Part shown: positions 1 to 11,100 of the stretch, piece by piece
Layout: the number at the start of each line of letters is the position of its first letter
How positions within the stretch are numbered: the first letter of the stretch is position 1
Source of the DNA: Dictyostelium discoideum
Taxonomy: Eukaryota
Assembly: GCA_000004695.1 (NCBI GenBank)
Contig: CM000151.3
Coordinates: forward strand, 512,001-576,000
Reading direction: 5' to 3'
DNA length: 64,000 nucleotides
Translations under genes and position numbers: made by a program
The notes under the pieces: model-generated
The model's input: the letters and a program-made list of their open reading frames with translations, nothing else
What the model was told of the DNA's origin: nothing
The model's database searches: none

Positions 1-23
1 CATCATATTATGATTTCGTTATA

Positions 24-3000
24 ATGTCAAATGTTCTTCATGTTGTTAAAGATATCAAACAAGCTGTAGAACAAATGTATCAATTGTTAACGACAAATGG
101 TCAATTAGTGTTTTTAGAACCACCTTATAAATCAGTTCTAAACGATTCAATCGTTGGTTCATTTGAACAATGGTGGTCATTCACTGATACTGATATTAGA
201 AAAGATAGATGTGGTATGCCTCAACAAAGTTGGTATCAATTATTAAATTCGTGTAATTTTAAAGACATTGTAATGTCTAAAGAATGCATTTTCTTTGGAT
301 CAGTAATACAGGCACAAAAACCACCAATTTCTTTATTGAATTCTCAACCAAAGTATGATAATATAATTATATATGGTGGCAGTATTAATTCAAGTTTTGT
401 AGAAAACATCAAATTAGATTCAAATTCAAAAAGTTTATTTCAAATTGAAACTATTCAAGAATTTAATAAATTAATAAGTAAATCAACAATTACAAACGAT
501 TCAATAGTTTATTTCATAAAAACATTAGAAACATTATCATTGGATAATTTTAAACAAATAACTCTTGAATATATTGAAATCAATCAAAAACTATTACAAA
601 TTAATAGTTTATGTAAACATGTATTAATTGTTAGTGATTCAAGAAAAACAAACTATTTAGCATCATCAGCTATTGGTGCAGCAAGATACTTTGATGAATT
701 CCCACTATTGAAATTACACACATTAGATTTTGATTATGATTCAACTCAAAATTATATAAATTCAAAAAATAACAAAATGGTTCAATTCATTAATATCTTG
801 ACAGATTCCAAAACAAATGTTCATAAAGAAATGATTATAATTAATAACAAAGTATATTATGAAATAGTTCAAAAAGAGAAAAATCTAAAATTAAAATACA
901 ATTCAGAATCTTTTGAAAATCAAAATAATTTAATGTGTTCGTTATCACCAAATTTAGAATATCAATTACAATCAAAACAAATTAAATTAAGAGATAATCA
1001 AGTTGAAGTTAAAACAATTGCAACTGGTATCAATTATAAAGATTATTTAAATTTTAGTGGTTCAAATAGCAACGGTGATGACAATACAGGTTTACCACAA
1101 TTTGGATATGAATTTTCAGGTATTATAACAAGAGTTGGTAATAATGTAAAAGATTATAAAGTTGGTGATAATGTATTTGGTTTATCAAATTCTTGTACAT
1201 CATCTCACATTGTTACAAATTTTAAAAAAATTCAAATAAAACCTTCAAAAATAAGTCATATTGAAGCATCATCAATTCCAATTGATTATTTAACATCATT
1301 TATGAGTTTATTTAATGTTGGAAGTTTAAATATTGAAGATAATGAATCGATTTTAATTCATTTAGGTAGAGATGGTTTTGGGTTATCAACATTTGAAATA
1401 TTAAAATGGAAAGGTTTTAAATCAAATTTATTCGTTACAGTTAATTCAGATAAAACTAAACAATATCTTTTAAAAAAATATGGTGATTTAATTACTGGAA
1501 TTTATTCAAACACAGATAAAAGTTATGTGGCAGAAATAAAAAACAAATTAATTAAATTAGGTTCAAAAAAGAAAGGAGTAGATTTAATATTAAATACATT
1601 ACCAAGTGATTTTATGGATTCAAATTTCAAACTATTAACAAAGTATGGTAGAATAATTGATTTAAATTCAAATCATTTAAATCAAAGTGAATTTTTAAAA
1701 AATATCAATTTTAAATATAATCATGGTTACCATAACTTTGAGTTATCATTATTTCAAAAAAATAAAATTCTCAAATGTTTAAATGAAATTTCAAATGCTA
1801 TTGAAAATGGAGAATTAAAAACTATTCCAATTAAAGAATTTACAAATTTAAATATTAAAGATGCCATCAAATACATTACCAACGGTAACATTGAAAAAAT
1901 TACAGTTAGTCATGATCATGAAATTTATAGTGATATTATTTATAGATATTTAGATGAAAAAGAGTTTTCAATATTAAAATCAAATTATCAAATTAATTCA
2001 AATAATTTAGGTAAAAATATATTAATTACAGGTCAATCAGGTATTATTTTAGAAATATTAAAATGGATCATTAAATATTCAAATATTAACACAATTGAAA
2101 ATGTTATTATTCTTTCAAGATCATCATTAAAATGGGAATTAGAATTATTAATTAATCAAACTAAACTATCAAATAATAATATTAAATTCCATTTCAAGAG
2201 TGTTGATGTTGGTGATAGTGAACAAGTTGATAATGCAATCAATGATATACTAAATGAAAACCAACAAATTAGAAATATTGATTCAATATTCCATTTTGCA
2301 TTTCAACAAATTGCATGTAAAGTTCAAGAAATCAATATGAAGCATTTAAATATTTCACATGGAGCAAAATCAATGGGTGCAATTAATTTACATAATCAAT
2401 CAATTAAACGTAATTGGAAATTAATTAATTTTGTTATGGCTTCTTCTGCACTTTCATTTATAGATTCAACAGATCAATGTACATATGCTTGTGCAAATAC
2501 TCTATTAGATTCATTTTCAAAATACAGAGTATCACTTGGATTACCATCAACTTGTATTAACCTTGGTTTAATTGAATCAACTGGTTTCGTTTCAAAGAAT
2601 GAATCGATTTCAGTATTTTTAGATGGCAATGGTATTATCCCAACACCAATCAATCGAGTTTTAGGTCTTTTAGATTTACAAATTCAAAATGCTAGTAAAT
2701 TCACAAATTCAATGATTTCAAATTTCAAACCCTCAAAATTTAAAAATAATCAACAAATATCATTATTTTTAAAATTTGACTACTTGATGAATTTAAAAAA
2801 CAATAGTGAACAAACTAAAAAAGAGAATACTGGAAATAAAAACATTGATGAATTATTCATTGAGAAAGTTTCAGAATTATTTTCAATGGATGAATCAAAA
2901 ATAAATAAAAATCTTAGATTAATCGATTATGGTGCAGATTCATTAATAATAGTTCAATTAAAGAATTGGATAGATAAAGAAATTGGTATAAATTTAATAA

Positions 3001-4313
3001 CAATTCAACAACTTCAAAATAATACAATTAATATTTCAATTAAAATGATATTAAATTCATTAATGAAAAACAATCAAAATAAATACCTACCTTCAAATAG
3101 AATTGATTATTGGAAGAATGAAATGAAATTTGAAGAATCTATTAAACCAATACCAAATGAAATTCGATCAAGAAATAATAACTCAGGAAAAATTATTTTA
3201 TTAACTGGTACAACTGGTTTTTTAGGTGGTTTCTTGCTATTCAATATGTTAAGATTAGATTCATGTAAATTAATTTATTGTTTGATTAGGAATAAAAGTA
3301 AATCAAGTTATCCATTAGATGAAATTATAAATAATTTAAAATATCATCAACTTTATGAAAAATTAAATAAATCACAAATTTCAAAGATTATACCGATTAT
3401 TGGTGATTTATCAATGAATAAACTTGGTCTTTCAAATGATGATTATGAAACAATTTCAAAAAATGTAAATTTAATTATCAATCCAGGTGCAGATATTAAT
3501 CAAAAATCAAGTTATCAAGATTGTAAATTAGTAAATGTTAATGGAGTAAAAGAAATTATTAAATTATCATTATCATCTTTAAAACAAAGGATACCAATTG
3601 TAAACTTTTCATCATTTTCAGTATTTTTCAATCAATCACTTGATAAGAATTTCGATGAATCAGTTTTACCATCAATTGATAATATTGATAATTTACCAAC
3701 AGAATATATGAAGAGTAAAGTTGTGGGAGAATACATTTTATTGGAAGCTTCAAAAAATTATAATATACCATCAATTTTAATTAGACCACCAAGTATATTT
3801 TTAAATCCAGAAACAGGTATTGGTCATAGTAGTGATCTCACTTTATTAATGATCCAATCATGTTATGAATTAGGTTATTGCCCAAATCAAATTTTAAATG
3901 GTTTTATTTTAATTAATACAATTACATGGTTATCAAATAATATTACAAATATTATAATGAATGATAATTGTTGGACAAATTCAAAAATGAATATTTATAA
4001 TGTACATGGTAAACAAATTCAATCAAGTTTAATAATTAAACCACTTGAAAAACATTTCAATTGTAAACAAATCAACAATAATGATTGGATTGATATGGTT
4101 AATAATTCAAATAAAAAATCATGTATTAAATTAAAATCATTCCATTCTTTAGAGAATATTTTTAAAAGTGAAAACAAAGGATATAAATCCAATGAAAGTC
4201 AAAGCATTTCATTATCAACCAAATCATTACTAGAATCAATGGGTTCATACAATACTGATCTTAAAATCACTGATAAAATGATTATTTCTCATATTAAACA
4301 TATTTTTAAATAA
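24..4313 (+). CDS. Type I iterative polyketide synthase, paralog 1, 3' portion only (cMT C-terminal part, ER, KR, ACP, C-terminal thioester reductase R domain); 5' end lies upstream of the window
   Basis: 1429-aa ORF open from the window start and >90% identical at nucleotide level to the 3' two-thirds of the PKS at 29447..38308. It contains ER-like 'GYEFSGIITRVGNNVKDYKVGDNVFGL', a KR Rossmann motif 'ITGQSGIILEIL' with 'YACAN' Y-x3-N, an ACP 'GADSL' phosphopantetheine site, and an R-domain 'LLTGTTGFLGGFLL' (TGxxGxxG) plus 'YMKSK' (YxxxK). Confidence 0.9.
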   Translation: MSNVLHVVKDIKQAVEQMYQLLTTNGQLVFLEPPYKSVLNDSIVGSFEQWWSFTDTDIRKDRCGMPQQSWYQLLNSCNFKDIVMSKECIFFGSVIQAQKPPISLLNSQPKYDNIIIYGGSINSSFVENIKLDSNSKSLFQIETIQEFNKLISKSTITNDSIVYFIKTLETLSLDNFKQITLEYIEINQKLLQINSLCKHVLIVSDSRKTNYLASSAIGAARYFDEFPLLKLHTLDFDYDSTQNYINSKNNKMVQFINILTDSKTNVHKEMIIINNKVYYEIVQKEKNLKLKYNSESFENQNNLMCSLSPNLEYQLQSKQIKLRDNQVEVKTIATGINYKDYLNFSGSNSNGDDNTGLPQFGYEFSGIITRVGNNVKDYKVGDNVFGLSNSCTSSHIVTNFKKIQIKPSKISHIEASSIPIDYLTSFMSLFNVGSLNIEDNESILIHLGRDGFGLSTFEILKWKGFKSNLFVTVNSDKTKQYLLKKYGDLITGIYSNTDKSYVAEIKNKLIKLGSKKKGVDLILNTLPSDFMDSNFKLLTKYGRIIDLNSNHLNQSEFLKNINFKYNHGYHNFELSLFQKNKILKCLNEISNAIENGELKTIPIKEFTNLNIKDAIKYITNGNIEKITVSHDHEIYSDIIYRYLDEKEFSILKSNYQINSNNLGKNILITGQSGIILEILKWIIKYSNINTIENVIILSRSSLKWELELLINQTKLSNNNIKFHFKSVDVGDSEQVDNAINDILNENQQIRNIDSIFHFAFQQIACKVQEINMKHLNISHGAKSMGAINLHNQSIKRNWKLINFVMASSALSFIDSTDQCTYACANTLLDSFSKYRVSLGLPSTCINLGLIESTGFVSKNESISVFLDGNGIIPTPINRVLGLLDLQIQNASKFTNSMISNFKPSKFKNNQQISLFLKFDYLMNLKNNSEQTKKENTGNKNIDELFIEKVSELFSMDESKINKNLRLIDYGADSLIIVQLKNWIDKEIGINLITIQQLQNNTINISIKMILNSLMKNNQNKYLPSNRIDYWKNEMKFEESIKPIPNEIRSRNNNSGKIILLTGTTGFLGGFLLFNMLRLDSCKLIYCLIRNKSKSSYPLDEIINNLKYHQLYEKLNKSQISKIIPIIGDLSMNKLGLSNDDYETISKNVNLIINPGADINQKSSYQDCKLVNVNGVKEIIKLSLSSLKQRIPIVNFSSFSVFFNQSLDKNFDESVLPSIDNIDNLPTEYMKSKVVGEYILLEASKNYNIPSILIRPPSIFLNPETGIGHSSDLTLLMIQSCYELGYCPNQILNGFILINTITWLSNNITNIIMNDNCWTNSKMNIYNVHGKQIQSSLIIKPLEKHFNCKQINNNDWIDMVNNSNKKSCIKLKSFHSLENIFKSENKGYKSNESQSISLSTKSLLESMGSYNTDLKITDKMIISHIKHIFK

Positions 4314-5530
4314 GCAATGTCTTTTTAATGTTTATAAAAGGAAAATAAATAAATTAACTAAATATATTAAATATTAAATATAATTAAAATATTAATATAA
4401 TTCTAAATTTGTGAGTAACTTTTATTTTTTTATTTTTATTTTACATTTTAATTATATTTGCCCCATGCCAAAAATAATTTTATTTTAAAAAGTGAGATAT
4501 TATTTATTAATATTTTAAATTTGTTAAAAATTTTATTAAATTATAACATCTCTTTTTAAAAAGTGAGAAATTGTGTGTGGTAAAATTTTTCCAAAAATAA
4601 CCAATTTTCGAGATTCTGAAAACAATTTAAAAACAATTCGTCAAGTTCCACCAAAATCGAGCAGGTCTGCAGAGTAAAAATTAAAATACTAAAAATAATA
4701 ATAATAAAATAATTAAAATAAAAAAATTAATAATAATGTGTGGAGATAAAATAAATAATTAATTTAATTTATTTTTAATGAAAAAAATTCTTAAAATACT
4801 ATTAAAAAATGAGAGATTGCTGGTTTTATAAAATTTATTAACTTCTTTTTTCCAGTGTTTATATAAAAAGGATTCTATTTTTTTTATATTTTAAAATTAA
4901 AAAATAATTATATTAAAAAGGTAAAAAATAAATTTTTCTGAAAAACTTTAAAATATATATATTATATATTAATAGTTTTTTAAAAAAAAGAAAAAAAATA
5001 AAAAATAAAAATTAAAAAGAAAAAAATAAAAAATAAAAAAAATCATGTTAAAAATTTTTATAGCTATTTTATTTTAGTGATATTCTCATTACTTTCAAAT
5101 TTGAATGCAGTAAATGGAGTTAGTGTTGGCTGTATGACCTATTGTCAAAATTATTTTAAATTTTGCACCTTAGGATCCAGTCAATCAGACAAATTAAATT
5201 GCAAAAAGATAAATGAAAAATGTCCAGAGGGATGTCTAAATATTCTACCAACTAGGTTGGGATGAATAATTCGAAATGGATTGAATTGGAACAAATTGAA
5301 ACAATTTTTTAATGTTTATAAAAATAAACTAAATTTAAAAATAATAAAATTTTTTAAAATTTGAACAGTCACTTTCATTTATTTTGAAATAAATTTTTTT
5401 TTTTTTTTTTTTCTGTAACAGAAGTGGTATGGTTTAGAAAGATTTGAAATATATCTCCCCATTTTAGAGTTTCTTCATTCTATTGATGTTGAATACATTA
5501 TGAGAATTGATAATATTTGGAAATTATAAT

Positions 5531-6170
5531 TTAAACGGTTTCTTTGATCTCTTGCTTAATAGACCAACCCAAGAATAACACTTTTCCTTGATACCATATT
5601 TTCTTATGTTTTGTCATTAATTTCATATTCGCATAATTTATCATTCCAAATGAATTTAACACCTTTTCTATATATTGATATATTGGATGAGAATATTGAT
5701 TTTGACGATGTATTCTCCTGACAGTCTTTTTCACTAATAACCATTTGATTTTGTTTCTCTAACTTTTCTTGGTTTTCTAATAATTTATTATTGATCTCAT
5801 TTTGAGATTCTTTTAAATTGCATACCATTGAATTTGCTAAAGTTCCAACCTCTACTTCCATTTGCTGACAACTACCAGTTTTAAAGTTGTGAATAATCTA
5901 CCTCCAATTGCATTGATTGAACCACGAGATGGACTATTATCATTATTGCTGTCATTAAAGGTGTCATCACCATTTAAATCTACATCTTCTTCATCTCTGA
6001 TATTATTAATTTTATTATTGTTATAACTATTATCTTTATTATTATTATTATTATTAATCCACCAATTTGCTTTTGTGTGGCCTAATCTACAACAATTTAA
6101 GCATTTTAATCTATTATTAAATTTATCATTGTTATTAGAATTAATATTATTGTTGCTGTTTTGATTATAA

Positions 6171-6229
<59 letters not shown>

Positions 6230-6600
6230 ATTGCTACTATTTTAATTATTGTTATTAAAATTATAATTTCTATTTGAATCAAAATTATTATTTGATATTG
6301 AATTGTAATCATTTCTCAAACTTCTATTATTATAATAAGAATTATCATCATTTCTTTGTCTCATTGAATTAATGGATTGAGAAGAAGAAGAAGATGATGA
6401 TGATGGACTTGATTATAAATAATATGAACTTGGGAGTCCATTGATGAATTTGATTGATTTTTAGGAGATGAATAAGGTGATTCATAATTATCAATATTAT
6501 CCCATTTGATTTTGTAATTATTATTATTAATATTACTATTGTTATTATTATTAAATTTTATATTATAATTTGAAAAGTTTGGGTGTACACTTTGGCCATT
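5531..6600 (-). pseudogene. Degenerate N-rich ORF(s) with frameshifts; contains a zinc-knuckle-like motif (C-x2-C-x4-H-x4-W); possible decayed gene or retroelement gag remnant
   Basis: Minus-strand ORFs 5531..5734 and 5604..5861 overlap in different frames; upstream the minus strand encodes '...KCLNCCRLGHTKANWW...' followed by N-rich and D/E-rich runs; no single intact long ORF. Confidence 0.25.
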
Positions 6601-7189
6601 AAATAATGATTTACCTTATTGCAATATTAAAAAAAAAAAAAAAAAAGTAGAAATTTAAAAATAAGGAGTATTATTATTATTTCTTTATTTCATAAAATTC
6701 GATTTTGAAAAAAAAAAAAATTAGATTTACCATATTAAATTTTCATTTTTTCCACAAATCGCCACACAAAAATTTTTTTTTTTTTTTTTTTAAAAAAAGG
6801 AGGGTTTTTTTCATGCAAAAGGGTGTTAAAATAAAAATAAAAATAAAAATAAAAAAATAAAAAAAAAAAAAAAAAATTAATTAGACCAGGCCATAAAATT
6901 TCATTTAATGAGATACGAATAAACAGGGGAATTTTTTTTCTTTTATTTTTTTTCCCACAACTAATTAGTTATTTTGCAATTAATAAATTATTGATATTTT
7001 TAATTTTATTACTATTAATAATTCTTAATTTCATAAATATTATACACAGTAACAAATTAAAAAACTTTAAGTTTTTATTTGGGAAAAAATTAATTATTTT
7101 CAAAGTTAATTTTTAAATTATTTACAAATAATTAATTATAATAATTCTTATAAAACAAATATTTTAAAAAAATTAAACCACTTTATTGA

Positions 7190-7335
7190 TCCCATATGGT
7201 GGGTTTTGTAATTGGAAATATTGCAAACTTGTCTGGATTCTAAAATATCTCCTAATTTAAAAAGTTTTTTAAATTTTACCATAAAATGTATAAAAAAAGT
7301 GGTATTTAATAATTCTAATTAATATTCATTCTTTA
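7190..7335 (+). promoter_or_regulatory. Conserved upstream block of the PKS paralogs (putative promoter/regulatory region of PKS paralog 2)
   Basis: Blocks '...atctcctaatttaaaa...', 'aaaaaaagtggtatttaataattctaattaatattcatt' and 'tcacctatttt' are shared with the regions upstream of the PKS genes starting at 18981 and 29447. Confidence 0.3.
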
Positions 7336-7477
7336 TATTCACTCACCTATTTTCTTAAATAAGGTTAGTTTTTATTTTTTTAAAAAAAAAATATATTTAA
7401 AAAACAAATATTAATTCGAATAAATTATTCTATATTATTCTATAGAGATATTCCTCAACTAAAATTACTAAATACCT

Positions 7478-8114
7478 ATGAATAATTTTAAGAATATAAA
7501 TTTAATAGAGAAAGGAGTTGCAATTGTTGGTATTGGATTTAGAATTCCTTCTGGTAATAATGAAAATTCAATCAGTTCACCAGATGATTTATTTAATAAT
7601 TTAAAGAATGGTTTTGATGGTGTTAGTAGTACATCAGAAAGATGGAGTGACAATTTTCATAAATTAGGTGAAATTAGTAGTCCAAATGCAGGTTTATTAC
7701 CATTTAATGAATGCAAATCATTCGATCCATTATTTTTTGGTATTAATCCATCCGAAGCACCATTGATTGATCCTCAACAAAGATTATTATTAAAATGTAC
7801 ATGGGAAGCATTAGAAGATGCATCTATTGATCCAATTTCAATTCGTGGTACAAATACTTCAGTTTTCATTGGTTCTTCAAATATTGATTATTTACATACA
7901 AATAAACATCAAGACTCAGTTTTAAAAAATGTAATAGCACAATCCACCTGTGCAATTTCAAATAGAATATCATATTGTTTCGATTTTAATGGTCCATCAT
8001 TATCAATTGATACTGCATGTTCATCATCATTAAATGCAATTTCTCAAGGTTATCATTCAATATTAAATGGTACTTCTGATATCTCAATTGTTGGTGGTGT
8101 AAATTTAATATTAG
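7478..8114 (+). CDS. PKS paralog 2, exon 1 (ketosynthase N-terminal half incl. active-site Cys '[10 protein letters not shown]')
   Basis: ATG at 7478; ORF '[28 protein letters not shown]...VGGVNLILG' ends at a GTAAGG donor at 8115. Confidence 0.85.
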
Positions 8115-8186
8115 GTAAGGATTAAATATATATATTTTAAAAATACACTCATTAATTAAATTTAATTTATTTAAATATTTTACTAG
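8115..8186 (+). other. Intron 1 of PKS paralog 2 (72 bp, phase 1, GTAAGG...TACTAG)
   Basis: Joining the g at 8114 to the 'at' at 8187 gives '...VNLILG|DVETTKAYSYLSMLSKTHGKCKAFD', the canonical KS continuation; exon 1 and exon 2 ORFs are in the same frame and the intron length is a multiple of 3. Confidence 0.8.
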
Positions 8187-11100
8187 ATGTTGAAACGACA
8201 AAAGCATATTCGTATTTAAGCATGTTAAGTAAAACACATGGTAAATGTAAAGCATTTGATGAAAGTGGTGATGGTTTTACACGTGGTGAATGTGCTGGTG
8301 TTGTAGTTTTAAAGAATTTACAAGATGCAGTAAAAGATGGTAATAGAATTTATTGTGTAATTAATGGTTCAAGTTCAAATGTTGATGGTAATGGTAATAT
8401 GGATAAAGTTAACTTTTATTCGCCATCAAAGCAATCACAATTTAATAATATTAATTCAGCATTTAAATCAACCAATGAAAAACTTTCAGTAAATGAAATT
8501 CAATATATCGAAGCACATGGTACTGGTACTAAAACAGGCGATCCAATTGAAACTGAAGCAATTTCAATGGCTTTTAAAAATAGAGATAAATCAACACCAA
8601 TTCTAATTGGTTCAATTAAAAGTAATATTGGTCATTGTGAAGCTGGTTCAGGTGTTGCATCATTAATCAAATGTTGTTTAATGTTTAAATATCAATGCTT
8701 TTTACCAAACATTCATTTCAAAAATCCAAATCCATTAATTAAATTCAATGAATGGAATTTAAAAGTTGTAACATCACCAATTCCATTCAACAGGAAAAAT
8801 GAAAAACCAGTTTCAATGATGATTAATAACTTTGGTGTAACAGGTTCAAATTGTTGTTTACTTATTTCAGAGTTTAAAAAACAAGATTATGAGCCATATG
8901 AAAACAACTACAAAAGTAATAATAAAAATATATTAATACCATTCTCAGCAAATTCATCAAATTCATTAAATCAATACCAATCAAAATTTAAAAATATAAT
9001 TAATAATCAATTCAATTTTATTGATTTTACCGCAAATCAAATTTATTCAAAATCAAATTATCTTTGTCAAAGATCAGTTATAGCTGCAAGTAATTCAAAT
9101 GAACTTTTTGAAAAAATTTTAAATAAAAAACAAATTCAAACTAAAAATTCAATCATTTCGAATATGTCATTCAAAGGAAAGAACCCAATTACAATTTTTG
9201 TTTTTTCAGGTCAAGGATCACAATATCCTAAAATGGCTTTAGAATTATATAATAATGAAGTAATCTTTAAGAAGTCAATTGATTTAATCAATTCAAAATT
9301 ATCAAAATACTATGGTTATTCAGTTTTAGAAAAATTAAGGTCGATAGGAGATGATGATACCACTTCCATTCATGATCCAAATATTTCACAACCAGCAGTG
9401 TGTATGATTTCAGTATCACTATTTGAATTGTATTGCCATTGGGGAGTAAATCCATCATTTATTCTTGGTCATAGTCTTGGTGAAATTTCAGCATCATATT
9501 GTTCTGGAATGATAGACTTAGATACATTCTGTTATACAGTTTATCACAGATCAATAGCGCAAACTAAAACACACGGTAATGGTAGAATGTTATCAATCAA
9601 TATCAGTGATGAAGAATTTAAATCAATGTATTCTCAAAAGTATCCACAAATTGAAATAGCATGTTATAATTCACCTCAATCAATTGTTGTGGCAGGTAAT
9701 GAATCAATATTAAATGAAATTTCAAAAGAATTAAAAGAAAAAGAAATTTTCACTGCAATGTTAGGTTCATTATCATCATTCCATACAAGTAGTCAGCAAT
9801 GTACAAAAGATAGTGTATTAAAACTAAATATTCAAAGCAATCAACCAAAAGTACCAATATTTTCAACAGTTACAACAAATTTATTTAATGAATCAAATCG
9901 ATTTAATTCACAATATGTTTACGATAATATTATTAATCCAGTTAGATTCACACAAACAATTTCAAATATTTATAAACATATCGAATCAAATCAATTAAAT
10001 AATGATATTGTATTCATTGAAATTGCACCACATCCAACATTATCATTTTATATTAAACAAATGGTACCATCAAGTTTAAATGAATCAGTTTCAGTTTATT
10101 CAGCACTTCACAAGAAAAAGAATGATGTCGAAGAGTTTCAACAAACCATTTCAAATTTATATTGTCAAAATGGATATAATATTAATTTTAAATGTCAATT
10201 TAATAATAAAAAATCAAATAAAAAAATTGATTTACCTCTTTACCAATGGAGTGACGAAACATACTTCGCTCAAACTCAAACACTTGAACAACATAGAGAA
10301 GAAGGACCACCAATTGACCATCTTGGTATATCAAACTCTTTTATTTCACCATTTAATAATTCATATAAAACATTAATCGATATAAACAATAAACCATTCC
10401 AATATCTTAAAGGTCATATGGTTAAAGGTAAATACTACTTCCCAGGTTGTGGTTATATCGATAATATTATTCAACTTTATAAAAATCAAGATATTTTTAT
10501 TAGTTTTATAGAATTTAAAACACCATTAATTTTAATTGAAGGTATCAATCAATGTTTACAAACAAACATTCAACAAACTGGTAAAAGTGAATATCGTGCA
10601 CAATTTCATTTCAAAGATCAAAAATCAAATCAATGGACTCAATCGTCAAATTCAAATTTCCAATTATTAGATCATGGTAATGATATACCATCAAATTATA
10701 ATATTGAAGAAATTATTAAAAACAAATGTAATTTAAGCAAATTAACAAAGAATGAACTTTATACACATATAAAATCAAAAACTGGTTTAAATTATACTGG
10801 AGTTTTTAAAGGTGTTACTGAATGTTATATAGGTGATAACTGTTCATTATCAGTTGTATCTTTAGAATCTCAAACAAACTCATTTTTAAATATACCAATA
10901 TTAGATACATGTTTACATGGAATGTTAGTATTAATAAATGATCAATGTCAAATTGTATTTGATAAAACCATTGGATTTAAATATTATTCATCAAACATAC
11001 CAGCATATTTCAAAGAAAATAAAGATTGTTTTTATGTTTATTCCCATTTAAAATCAAAGAGTGCTGATTCATACCATGGATCTATAATTGTAATGTTATC

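Noticed and set aside
6106-6312. ORFs made of homopolymeric or low-complexity codons (6106..6312 poly-I; 18398..18643; 42133..42408; 42469..42705; 42908..43147; 43309..43800 minus; 48969..49166; 50793..51002; 51027..51326 minus; 52421..53203 minus poly-F/L/P; 53430..53690 minus poly-C; 53973..54401 minus poly-L; 54101..54286; 57078..57302; 63060..63305 minus)
   Set aside because: These are translations of A/T runs or of the antisense strand of (AAT)n, (CAA)n or (GAAAAG)n coding repeats. They have no start context, domains or complexity.
7468-7653. Minus-strand 61-aa ORFs overlapping the PKS exon 1 ATG regions (also 18971..19156 and 29437..29622), and other antisense ORFs inside the PKS genes (14392..14649, 36364..36621, 10080..10376, 19869..20111, 30327..30569)
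   Set aside because: They lie entirely antisense to, or out of frame within, strongly supported PKS coding sequence and recur at the same relative positions in every paralog. They are shadow ORFs, not genes.
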